Origin: a virus
Reading direction: 5' to 3' (one strand)
DNA length: 64,000 bases
Virus record (IMG/VR): IMGVR_UViG_3300012953_000014
Coordinates: 64,001 to 128,000 of that record
The position numbers and the translations under genes were made by a program. Positions 57,101-64,000 of this stretch are shown here, one piece after another. Numbering within the stretch: the stretch's first letter is position 1; the number at the start of each line of letters is the position of its first letter. The notes under the pieces were generated by a model, which was not told the DNA's origin, ran no database searches, and was given only the letters and a program-made list of their open reading frames with translations.

Positions 57101-58725
57101 GCTTCGTTGCCCAAAAATCCTTGAATACCTTTGACCGCTTCTTTGGACACTTCCAAATCAAAATTTGCAATATTTGTGACGCCGCTTTCTACGCCATCTA
57201 AAACTGCTCCAAAGGCTCGTTCACCAAAAACGTTCTGCATTAAAGATCCAAAAACTTTTCGGTCAGTAAATAAGTCTTTCATTGGCATCCCGCCAAAGTT
57301 CATCTTATCAGGATTACCGCAAGACTCTACAATCATTTGAAGTATGTCTCTTAACAGCTGCAAAAGGGCGGATTTGAGAGCTTCCCAGACTGCGGCGAAG
57401 ATTTTCTCTCCAATGTCTGCCATAATATCAACAGTTATATCAAAGTCAGGAATATCGATTGTCGGTATTTTTAAGATGTCAATAATACCTTCAACAAACC
57501 TTGCAGAGTCTCTTAAAAATTGTTTAATTTCTCTATATCTTCGAGCGACTTCTCCATTGGGATCCAAGCATATGATGGCTTGATTTACTAAAGGAACTAC
57601 TTGATACTGGTGGAAAAACTGGTAATAACTTGACTCTAAACCATCCAAGCTGTTTTCAACAGACTTGATGTTGTTTAATACACTATTCTCAACTTGGTCT
57701 GCTGTTTTTGCGGTACGTTCAGCGATGTTTGCATTAAACGCTCTATCCCCCCAGATTTTTTTCTGTCTCTGAAGATCTTTTAAAGATAAGGTGGACTCTT
57801 TGTCCATCTCTTCAGTTTTTTGCTTTTCGGGGTTTCCGGGTTTTGGATTATACCTTCTTGGTTCCGCATTTGGATCTATTCGATAATCTTTAATGGTGTA
57901 TTTTTCCAAAAACTTTTCCCAAGTTATTGGGGGAACACTTTTATAATCTCCATAAATACTGTCAATCACACTAAGGTAATGAACTGATTGTTGGTTTTTT
58001 ATTGACGGATGGGATTTAAATGCTCCAAACTTGTTTACAAGATTCTCATATTTTTGACCCTTGTTTATTTGAGCATATGTTGGAACGTTATCCTTGTTGA
58101 TTCCGATTGTGATTAGATTGGATACTGATTCATTATAATCATATCCATTATCTTGAACCAAAGAACGGATGGCATATGGAACATTTTTAAAATCAGAAGC
58201 CTCTGTTTTCATGTTTATTCCGTACACCTTTCCCGTATACTTTTCAATGTTTGAATGAAAATTGTGAAATATGTTTACTATTCCATCAATTTTTTTAGTT
58301 AAATTTTTTGTACTTAAAGTTATTTCGTGAACTGCTGTGGTATCAAGCGCATTATTGGCTTGCATTTTATCGAACACACTTTGTTCGATACCAACCAACA
58401 CTTTAATCTTTGCGCGAGGGCGGGGGGGAACATAGTATTCATTAGCAACACCAAGTTTAACAATTTCCGAAACATCTGTGGGTAATAGTTTCGTATAATG
58501 TTCTGCTATTTGTTTTACGCCAGCCTCAATATACTCATTTGGATAAGCGCGTTGGAAGTTTCTTCCCGTGGTTTCATACTTCAAAGAAACCGCTACAACA
58601 TACATCCCCTTCTCTTGGTCATAAAACGGAGTTAACCCTTGAGTGCCAGTCCAATCTGGCGATATCAAGGGTTTTGTATTTCTAACAACTTGTTCAGTAT
58701 TTTTTATATTACTCTTTTTTACCAT
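51124..58725 (-). CDS. Giant hypothetical virion protein (2533 aa)
   Basis: Uninterrupted ORF between the spike and gp25 genes; no recognised motif. Confidence 0.75.
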   Translation of the reverse strand: MVKKSNIKNTEQVVRNTKPLISPDWTGTQGLTPFYDQEKGMYVVAVSLKYETTGRNFQRAYPNEYIEAGVKQIAEHYTKLLPTDVSEIVKLGVANEYYVPPRPRAKIKVLVGIEQSVFDKMQANNALDTTAVHEITLSTKNLTKKIDGIVNIFHNFHSNIEKYTGKVYGINMKTEASDFKNVPYAIRSLVQDNGYDYNESVSNLITIGINKDNVPTYAQINKGQKYENLVNKFGAFKSHPSIKNQQSVHYLSVIDSIYGDYKSVPPITWEKFLEKYTIKDYRIDPNAEPRRYNPKPGNPEKQKTEEMDKESTLSLKDLQRQKKIWGDRAFNANIAERTAKTADQVENSVLNNIKSVENSLDGLESSYYQFFHQYQVVPLVNQAIICLDPNGEVARRYREIKQFLRDSARFVEGIIDILKIPTIDIPDFDITVDIMADIGEKIFAAVWEALKSALLQLLRDILQMIVESCGNPDKMNFGGMPMKDLFTDRKVFGSLMQNVFGERAFGAVLDGVESGVTNIANFDLEVSKEAVKGIQGFLGNEAVQRLLNQGVFSPGGEMDQLIAEVSAILTPGEVSKLLLQGGTPEIQDTIKTVVVGSDRYSDALKDLFSSESRVSDYFQSVGKLLDEEELLKVVADAQDVIPDRLQGLCNENPYGDLRMSLLMDKGLSADEAKKQIDDADQRKRKRLSDLASLLEKDNFLEGVLPPTFCTFDENGNIIPGLIDIDHPSFTHMLKRTVDTSYDNVHSTFNEDVLGFIPSLKQKTPDGFREVKRTIPKPNRDLIQRENVIREDNDQPTLPLNLINPEFESYIGQGYRPLIDFPYPYLTSDTPDSTARSDRDGNPLIQIGPVQSRQLSPDPDVEAQVQSAYGISSSILIPKNSQKLVPGLQENLSNLSLTGTSATYFKYYNSLLVLEQPNQLVQSFGSYGGGVNGNDFRRSFEQQMANQGYAGLSLGPDKWLINYDSLDPSSDDKEAYNFTIYSNTPSNGSNSQVHLIYHDYTEDSINKQAYNVIFSQSLNPDIPSYLNKSRQERLFASLLDKSFSDGPIIRPTSDINSSYVEDEIGTGSRLYPIVEQILENQSSSENLSSLYVEIFRDFFTTFSSEISESDFFKEGQLELVNLTPRLSRAQIEAGCLDPHLLNLDEIKQIVINQYKIAKCVEKNIPNEDGLGTNKNNALESAVISGATIVTIRVYAIEAILKGIWAFSEFKFTRPEDIDQTLVEYIRNRMIGGGRTIGEIRKKGYADEFLLQCFRTYNRMASVNPTDELEPIQEEEAALDYLIRVELYKAMQKMDLILDNNQDNTIDSVVSDTFIPVFDVPKELTTPLITPVGYSNSRLTTEPRISAREINILNELSKYEKYLRDNGLTEEAIARREEWYSESSTSTYAEIVYHLAKKDLRVDDSWGFGRAFDWTLRSHFENLPLPDTLKQPFWAYKRDLSLTNVSTNTAIGSGNLLSASVEVFVSTAGNVGSDPAQKTLENVFTFSEVRRKSPPRYDPTSIHYQFTPSFGDYMLQSNTGRTDWPYKLENPLINDNEWESTGLTNQNLWYDGISEYEYRSALTMFEIFNCPNVLMPGNAGSSYSTPVGINYNATRGQSTYVYPMYRLVELPSAKKAYTPNSFYGPKYAWYEDSYSEPYHTDGNPRVPENQVPAHYGHKKNMELPYHRMPRKTWTYRLIEQDTLPEAKNFNFPQPEYLAEDMFHPKMMQYNMQEGTIPSLPEDIQAEIEYYDKWNVWDDEALYLNIKRQFWSNKHHWALSYSERKRLDKIGKDFLNSKWNDRPLPTVANLQSSIQKHVQRLGKVWKPATLTFILDQLKNRIENLQNPNPNYIPRLYDTYRAYQPARTQYRTTIGNWTTEPDGWSRRPTFQRGHPVLSQQSHEYGLQSAGGRTGVSDNIVRDFMRSNNKTFREVFDEMLSLRDNNGTQAHYGPRYTDGNTTFSTSDYSRMGTPEIVYLYAYHLMWEIDWWMSKLAAFYLLSPDFRDYREIKDYTDFLGKIKDAAQYVKDESAKDLDGRRRKRQEVLDEMGRLRKMREPKGSPLTWFMDNGNVIYEKYIKVRHKSQENLRRDLQEIDSSGNLYNQVSAILNNMTTSETGVVNIDKFAEWLTSNFGPSDEQLINADVNVPGNPRLIQAVMTEAECGENLVFITPQTEATVMSQVIKISDLFESLNVGLRMTCVASPSEDSPLLNKVRARSRDINVVEGIKRDKAYLMNEVGTVTEYDANTNQETIRTIDKSYVTFPVVAVEEPIGSDTNLAELVGVGLNAIEEEKYRLRMYHDRKVNQVLIDSLTNTDEFKLFFKYLFPVDRMFAQNIMFIETFLASHGDVTRTFNNTKESLRIIFDAMLNSGNYQYADPLTNKVLATSDFSDTYGDNKTPGVDLWSLAIKFPPMILKGLTETFDPNIAISKQIQFAANAGIRAANNLIGEGENALEDAGMLDSCERTIRIPDLPVLPISMAIFGATWIPPTVPFGWIYDFSLGVYDWIENQGNSDVAESRRCAQKEAGGRDYTRADDCNLEPIDTSAYVENVDTEEEE

Positions 58726-58728
58726 GAT

Positions 58729-60123
58729 TTAGGTTGTATTATTATAACGACTATTGATATACTTGTTACCCATTGTTGTAAAATAATTTAATTTAAATTT
58801 CGCTAAGTTAGCCTTATGTATAATTAGTGACCTCTTAGTTTGTGACAAGTGATCAACCATAGTTTTAATACCTGCTGCCACGACCGGGGGTGATGGTGTC
58901 GTTTTCCACACCATTCCTCCTGGAAATGGAATAACTTGGGCGGGACCAAAGTGATAATGATTTGTCACTCTTTCATTCAAATATGTTTGATATTGCAATA
59001 AAGAATCGACAATACCATTCAACTTACTAACATGATCTGTGAGTTTCTGTAATGCTTCTGCGAGGTTGGCTCCTTTGGGGATAGGTTGTAAATCAGAATC
59101 ATCATTTGTAGCTATAAGATCAATGCCATGGATGTCTTCGATTAGACCGCCTTGTGAGTTCATTTGATCTGTTCTTGTTACAAGTTTGATCCCATCTCTC
59201 GCCACTATACGAACTGCATCAGCTTTCATACCAATTGATGATCTTGTTTTTGAGATACCAACTGCTCCAGGAGCCAAATTAAAATAATCATCAATATCTG
59301 ATTTTTGGCTTATGTAAATTCTTGCAGCATCACGTACAAAGTCTGGATTAGCGAAAACAGCGTCCTCATCTTCAAATGGAACTTCTGAGTTATCGATGAA
59401 GGCTTGTTCTCTTCTTTTCTTTTTGTCGTCGTCTGGTAAATATTGGCCTGTTTTATAACCCAACCTTCCCACTACAATATCAATAGCACCGGCTTGAGTG
59501 TGGCCTCTTCCACCATAACCACTACATCGACTTGCGTTGCGGTCACGACCCAAAACAATAGAGGTATTATGAAGGCCGTCTTTTATAACGTCATCATCAA
59601 CTTTTACATAGTTTGGTACAGGATCAACTTTTAATGGATTACCGCAAGTTCCTTGTAGGCCAATCTTATATTGTTCAGGCAGTCTTGACATCTCATCAAT
59701 GACTGACTGTTTGGCCGACGAAATATCAACACCTTTTTTGGTTCCAGTTGGTTGGATTGGTTTGTTTTTATCTGATTTTGGAGTTTTAGATTGTTTTGTG
59801 TTTGGTTCAAAATCTCTTGATTTTTCTTGATTTTTTTGTGATTGTGAACTCTTTGAAGCAAAATAAGCATCATCAACTTTCTGGCGTTCTAAGATTTCCA
59901 TTGCAACAACATCTGATACAGAGGCGTCGTCGCTATAAGCAGAGTTAAAATACCCCGTTTCTGATACGTCATTGCTTGCGTGAGATGCAGTCCATATATT
60001 GAATGCATTGGTTGCTTCGTCATATTTACCACCATCAGAAAGTTCGTTAATATAAGCGGCAGCTTCATCACCAGACATTGCTTCAATATCTTTTTTCGAT
60101 TTATAATAATTTATACTTGGCAT
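58729..60123 (-). CDS. Baseplate spike / gp5 C-terminal-like protein
   Basis: Short beta-strand repeats (ARIYISQ, SIGMKADAVRIVARDGIKL), then PKGANL..L helix and HYH. Confidence 0.55.
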   Translation of the reverse strand: MPSINYYKSKKDIEAMSGDEAAAYINELSDGGKYDEATNAFNIWTASHASNDVSETGYFNSAYSDDASVSDVVAMEILERQKVDDAYFASKSSQSQKNQEKSRDFEPNTKQSKTPKSDKNKPIQPTGTKKGVDISSAKQSVIDEMSRLPEQYKIGLQGTCGNPLKVDPVPNYVKVDDDVIKDGLHNTSIVLGRDRNASRCSGYGGRGHTQAGAIDIVVGRLGYKTGQYLPDDDKKKRREQAFIDNSEVPFEDEDAVFANPDFVRDAARIYISQKSDIDDYFNLAPGAVGISKTRSSIGMKADAVRIVARDGIKLVTRTDQMNSQGGLIEDIHGIDLIATNDDSDLQPIPKGANLAEALQKLTDHVSKLNGIVDSLLQYQTYLNERVTNHYHFGPAQVIPFPGGMVWKTTPSPPVVAAGIKTMVDHLSQTKRSLIIHKANLAKFKLNYFTTMGNKYINSRYNNTT

Positions 60124-60129
60124 AATGTT

Positions 60130-61146
60130 TTACTTATTCTGAGATGACCACGTCTTTAGCTCTGTTGCTGTAAAAGCCCCGAGAACAACAGAAACATAAC
60201 TACTGGGGTCAAAAACTTCACCGAAGCCGTCGGGTCCATCGCGTAACTCAAGGTGCAAATGGGGTCCGCTTGAACCACCAGCATTTGGCTGATTATCAGG
60301 TGATCCACCCGAAAGGCCGACTTGCTCACCAGCTTCAACTTGATCGCCCACTTGTACAGTAACCTCATTCATGTGAGCATAGCGTGAAGTTCTTCCATCT
60401 TTATGCTTCACATCAACATACAGACCATAACCACCTTGGTTAATCTTAACCCTAGATACGCGACCATCCATCATAGAGTGAATTGGGGAATTAGATGGTG
60501 TGTTAAGATCAATCCCTTTGTGCATCTTCACTTTGCCGGATAGTGGGTGGATTCTCTTACCTAATCCACTTGTTATTCTTACATTACTGGCAGCAGCACT
60601 CAACCCTTGCGAAGAGCGATTTTGACTAAAATAATTAAATGCGCCCCCAGAAGGCACCTTGATTGTACCATCAGAAACTCTACCAATATAAGTAGGTTGT
60701 GTCATGTTAACGCGATCACCAAAATCAACCTCAACTATGTCACCAGGTGCAGGAATGGGTGTACTGTCCTTTAAACCAACTGGTGCTTCAGAAATGAAAG
60801 CTGGATGAAGATTGATTTGTAAGTGGGCGTTACCCGCTTCATTTCCATATGCAAAAGGATCTGTTATGTGAGCATGAAGTTCTGGGATTCTTGCATAGAC
60901 TGTCAACCAAAGCTTATCCTTATCGGCAACTCCAGATTGTTGAACCCATGAACCAGCGGGTGGGTTTACAGTTAAATCAGTTCTTAAGCAAATAGCCCTA
61001 AGAATACCTTGGTGTTGGAATGCTTCCGCATTAAACCGCCGTAGAGCGGTTTCGCGAATAGAGCTTACTAGACTATTTCCTTGATAGGTTGTTCCACAAA
61101 AAGGAAGTCCTAGTGAGTTAAGTTTACCATCACCAAAGTTAGCCAT
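60130..61146 (-). CDS. Baseplate hub gp5-like N-domain fused to M23 peptidase
   Basis: VYARIPE..PAPGDIVEVDF..PTYIG; M23 motifs HKGID, YAH, GPHLHLE. Confidence 0.8.
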   Translation of the reverse strand: MANFGDGKLNSLGLPFCGTTYQGNSLVSSIRETALRRFNAEAFQHQGILRAICLRTDLTVNPPAGSWVQQSGVADKDKLWLTVYARIPELHAHITDPFAYGNEAGNAHLQINLHPAFISEAPVGLKDSTPIPAPGDIVEVDFGDRVNMTQPTYIGRVSDGTIKVPSGGAFNYFSQNRSSQGLSAAASNVRITSGLGKRIHPLSGKVKMHKGIDLNTPSNSPIHSMMDGRVSRVKINQGGYGLYVDVKHKDGRTSRYAHMNEVTVQVGDQVEAGEQVGLSGGSPDNQPNAGGSSGPHLHLELRDGPDGFGEVFDPSSYVSVVLGAFTATELKTWSSQNK

Positions 61147-61434
61147 TTACTTTTCCCCATTCAAACTGTCAAAGATTTCTGCTCGTTCTTCGGCGGTTAA
61201 GCCAACATCAAGTTTCTCACTTTTTTGTTTCAAAGAAGCAATTTTAACAAGCTGTTCATTTGAGCGTTGTAGAGTTTCGACATATTTAGCGGCAGTTAAA
61301 CCAACCTCTTTGTGACGATGTTCGTCGGTGGATAGGTACTTTACTAAATCTTTTAAAAGCTCTGTTGTTTGTTCGCGATCTTTGCGAATATTTTCTATTG
61401 CTTCATCAGTAAGTGACTCAAAATCTTTGTTCAT
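61147..61434 (-). CDS. Helical hypothetical protein (possible small terminase)
   Basis: ATGA-coupled to the sigma gene; coiled-coil character. Confidence 0.6.
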   Translation of the reverse strand: MNKDFESLTDEAIENIRKDREQTTELLKDLVKYLSTDEHRHKEVGLTAAKYVETLQRSNEQLVKIASLKQKSEKLDVGLTAEERAEIFDSLNGEK

Positions 61435-62120
61435 TCGTTCCATTTCTTTTTAAACTGGGAGTATTCCGATCTGAACTTTGTTAGGTTGTTTAATACCTGC
61501 TTTGTATTCAGATTTGTTATCTCTCTAATATACAGGTAAATAGCCTTTTTGTTAAAAATTTCGATTGCGTCGGCTTCAGATAAAAGTATTTTAATGGCTT
61601 CCAAAACCTTTTTTTCGTTTTCTTTTAGGTTTTGTTTATCCCATCTACGAATCTCACCCCAAAGGTGTTCCATGAACTCCTTCTTCTCTCGTTCACTATC
61701 ATATTTGTTGTAGATAGCAAGATGATCCATTTCAACCTGTTTTGAAATCTCATCATAATGCGCCTCGCGGCGGAGTTGCATTGCGGTTTTCTTTACCTTT
61801 GCGATAAACCAATTTTTGGTAATAACACTAAAGTATGAAAATGCTTTGGAACCTTTGTTTCGATCAAAGTTGCTTAAGATTGTTATCAGATGAACTTCGC
61901 ACTCATCTTTCAAACTATCAACATTTGGAAGATTAGTAAACTTATAAGTAAAAACAATTTTGTTAATCATCTCTACGAATACTGGACGTATAACATCTCT
62001 GTATATAACGTTTCTTTGTTCAGGGTCATCACAATCAATATATTCTATGATCGCGTCCTCGTGAACTTTGGTAAAATATTTCTTACCTTTTTTTCTACGT
62101 CGCTTCTTCTTGGTTATCAT
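61431..62120 (-). CDS. Late-transcription sigma factor (T4 gp55-like)
   Basis: KKYF..AIIEY, NFDRNKGSKAFSYFSVITKNWFI (region-2-like). Confidence 0.7.
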   Translation of the reverse strand: MITKKKRRRKKGKKYFTKVHEDAIIEYIDCDDPEQRNVIYRDVIRPVFVEMINKIVFTYKFTNLPNVDSLKDECEVHLITILSNFDRNKGSKAFSYFSVITKNWFIAKVKKTAMQLRREAHYDEISKQVEMDHLAIYNKYDSEREKKEFMEHLWGEIRRWDKQNLKENEKKVLEAIKILLSEADAIEIFNKKAIYLYIREITNLNTKQVLNNLTKFRSEYSQFKKKWNE

Positions 62121-62463
62121 TTTGTTCTTCCATTTGGTCTTCAGCACCATTTAGCTGATTTAATAAGTCTGGTTGTGTAAAAGAATATACTTCATCATAT
62201 TGTTTCAAAAACTCAGACATATCCTTAGTGTGCTCTAAAAGGCTGGACAATGTTTCATCACCATAAAATGCAGGCATTTCATAAACTGACTTAAGATGAT
62301 TCTCGTATGAATCAATCATTGTTAATATTCTTGATACTTCTTCGGAGGCAATATAAATTCTAAAAAACACCCTCCTAGAATAAAAATACAATATCCCGTT
62401 CACTAGTAAAGACAAAAACAGAAACACAGATATTAAAACTGCAAAAACAAAACTAACCGTCAT
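62095..62463 (-). CDS. Membrane-anchored hypothetical protein
   Basis: N-terminal TM helix; FYGDETL motif. Confidence 0.7.
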   Translation of the reverse strand: MTVSFVFAVLISVFLFLSLLVNGILYFYSRRVFFRIYIASEEVSRILTMIDSYENHLKSVYEMPAFYGDETLSSLLEHTKDMSEFLKQYDEVYSFTQPDLLNQLNGAEDQMEEQNDNQEEAT

Positions 62464-62725
62464 TCTTATACATCCTACTTTTTAGTTTCTCTCTTTCTTG
62501 AGAGATTTCTTCTTTTGTCTCTTCGATGGTGGCTTTTAAAAGCTCACCAGGTTTAGACTTTCCATCAAAATGCTCTTGTTTTTTACTTATAAAAACATTT
62601 GAAGGGACTCGTGTAATCGAGTCGGTTGCTCCACAAAGTTCGCATATTTTCAACGTTTTATTGATAGAATGCTTTGCCTCAAAATTGGATTGGCAATCTT
62701 TGCAGAAATATGCATATTTAGGCAT
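62453..62725 (-). CDS. FmdB-family zinc-ribbon protein
   Basis: MPKYAYFCKDC..FE..CELCG...RVPS. Confidence 0.8.
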   Translation of the reverse strand: MPKYAYFCKDCQSNFEAKHSINKTLKICELCGATDSITRVPSNVFISKKQEHFDGKSKPGELLKATIEETKEEISQEREKLKSRMYKNDG

Positions 62726-62930
62726 TTTTGACTACTTCTGCATCTGAAACTTTAACTGTTGGAGGATTATTAACCACTAATCCGTCATTTGTATTAGAAA
62801 GCTCAAACTCTCTCAACATTTCAGTAATATCAGCTTGCTCAAGCAATCCTTTTTGGAGTGCCATCATAAGAGAGCCGATGGCCTGGTCTGATAGTTTAAG
62901 TTTGTTTTCGATTTGCATTTTAATTTGCAT
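62718..62930 (-). CDS. Hypothetical protein
   Basis: 70 aa with AGGAG RBS. Confidence 0.7.
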   Translation of the reverse strand: MQIKMQIENKLKLSDQAIGSLMMALQKGLLEQADITEMLREFELSNTNDGLVVNNPPTVKVSDAEVVKNA

Positions 62931-62944
62931 TATTGTTTCTCCTT

Positions 62945-63907
62945 TTATTTTAGTGATTTATAATCTTCATTATACATCATCTTACATAGTTCTTCAAATT
63001 TAACTTTTGGTTCCCAGTTCAAAACCTTCTTTGCTTTCGCGGGGTTGCCCAACAAATAGGGAACTTCTTGCGGCCTGAATAGTCTTGGGTCAATCTCAAC
63101 ATATTTGTCCGGATCTAACCCCGCATAATCAAACACACAATCTAAAAATTCTTTAACACTATATGTCTCTCCTGTGGCGATAACATAATCATCTGGGTTG
63201 TCTTGTTGTAGCATGAGCCACATTGCCTCGACGTAATCTCCGGCAAAACCCCAATCGCGCTTAGCATCTAAGTTGCCAAGGAAGAGTTTATCTTGTAAAC
63301 CAAGTTTAATGTTAGCGGCTGCCATCGTAATCTTTCTTGTTACAAATGTTTCTCCGCGTCGGGGGGATTCATGATTGAAGAGGATCCCGCTTGATGCATG
63401 TAACCCATAACTCTCTCGGTAGTTTCTAACCAGGTTGTGTGCAAAGACCTTAGCACAAGCATATGGAGAAGCAGGCGTCAAAATAGAGTCTTCATCAAAT
63501 GGATATTCTGGATTGTCCCCATACATTTCTGATGATGATGCTTGGTAAAATCTTGATTCTGGGCAGACTTTTTTGACCGCATTCATAATCCTCAAAGAAC
63601 CCATTGCAATACTATCAACTGTGTGTTCTGGAATATCAAATGAGACCCTAACATGCGATTGGGCGGCGATGTTATATATTTCATCAGGTTTAATATCCAT
63701 CAACATTTCCCACATTGAAGAAGTATCATTCAAGTCGTGATATCTTAAGTGAAAGTTGGGGTTGCCGAAAATGTGATCTATTCTTGATGTGTTGAATGAA
63801 GATGATCGTCTTTTCAATCCATATACTTCATATCCTTTATCTAACAATAGTTCTGTAAGGTAAGAACCATCTTGGCCTGTAACGCCAGTTATAAGTGCTT
63901 TTTTCAT
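62945..63907 (-). CDS. gmd: GDP-mannose 4,6-dehydratase
   Basis: [66 protein letters not shown]. Confidence 0.97.
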   Translation of the reverse strand: MKKALITGVTGQDGSYLTELLLDKGYEVYGLKRRSSSFNTSRIDHIFGNPNFHLRYHDLNDTSSMWEMLMDIKPDEIYNIAAQSHVRVSFDIPEHTVDSIAMGSLRIMNAVKKVCPESRFYQASSSEMYGDNPEYPFDEDSILTPASPYACAKVFAHNLVRNYRESYGLHASSGILFNHESPRRGETFVTRKITMAAANIKLGLQDKLFLGNLDAKRDWGFAGDYVEAMWLMLQQDNPDDYVIATGETYSVKEFLDCVFDYAGLDPDKYVEIDPRLFRPQEVPYLLGNPAKAKKVLNWEPKVKFEELCKMMYNEDYKSLK

Positions 63908-63935
63908 TTATTGTATTAATCCACCTGTTAAAAAT

Positions 63936-63944
63936 ATTATAACA
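63936..63944 (-). promoter_or_regulatory. Extended -10 promoter (TGtTATAAT) upstream of gmd
   Basis: Minus strand TGTTATAAT; no clear -35. Confidence 0.45.
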
Positions 63945-64000
63945 TTGTTTTTATTAATTTTGTTGGTATTTTTATATTCTTAAAAATGCAAGATTCCCTG

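Noticed and set aside
449-63003. All plus-strand ORFs and nested alternative-frame minus-strand ORFs in the track
   Set aside because: They are shadows of long, motif-bearing minus-strand genes and show no recognisable motifs.
1-64000. Genome-wide stop-codon reassignment, as in some large phages
   Set aside because: Core genes are intact under code 11; TAA, TAG and TGA all serve as stops at tight gene junctions.
1-64000. tRNAs, CRISPR arrays, introns/inteins, DGR reverse transcriptase, tail sheath/tube genes
   Set aside because: None recognised; intergenic gaps are short and terminase, primase and portal show no intervening elements. Sheath and tube probably lie outside the window.

Overview
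A 64-kb segment of a large T4-like (myovirus, probably jumbo-scale) bacteriophage. All credible genes are on the minus strand, tightly packed, in standard code 11. In transcription order (right to left) the blocks are as follows. First, GDP-mannose 4,6-dehydratase, small genes and a gp55-like late sigma factor. Second, a baseplate/tail-tip block: gp5-like OB-fold+M23 peptidase, spike, 2533-aa protein, gp25, gp6, a 3269-aa LamG-containing protein and collar-fibre-like paralogs. Third, a DNA block: RuvC-like resolvase, primase, methyltransferase and a fused SbcD-SbcC nuclease. Fourth, a putative lysis/membrane cluster. Fifth, the head module: terminase, portal, prohead protease, ribosomal protein bS21, three tandem paralogs, scaffold, major capsid protein and gp13/14/15-like neck proteins. 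Patterns the annotation does not explain: (1) otherwise unrelated proteins sharing an N-terminal MK[LF][TS][KR]xxLxx[ILF]IxEE...[LVI]xE leader, a likely capsid-targeting, protease-cleaved signal; (2) two unannotated Cys-rich micro-ORFs, one with 10 Cys in 15 residues and one ending GC-TGA inside a double hairpin; (3) an 11-copy intergenic motif CTAnTTA, which reads as the T4 late box on the opposite strand; (4) a perfect sigma70 promoter giving a near-leaderless SbcCD mRNA while many late genes use Shine-Dalgarno sites beside bS21; (5) dense [ST]-[GAS]-[ST] triplets in a subset of virion proteins, near a sugar-nucleotide gene. All family assignments come from motif recognition by eye; no database searches were run.
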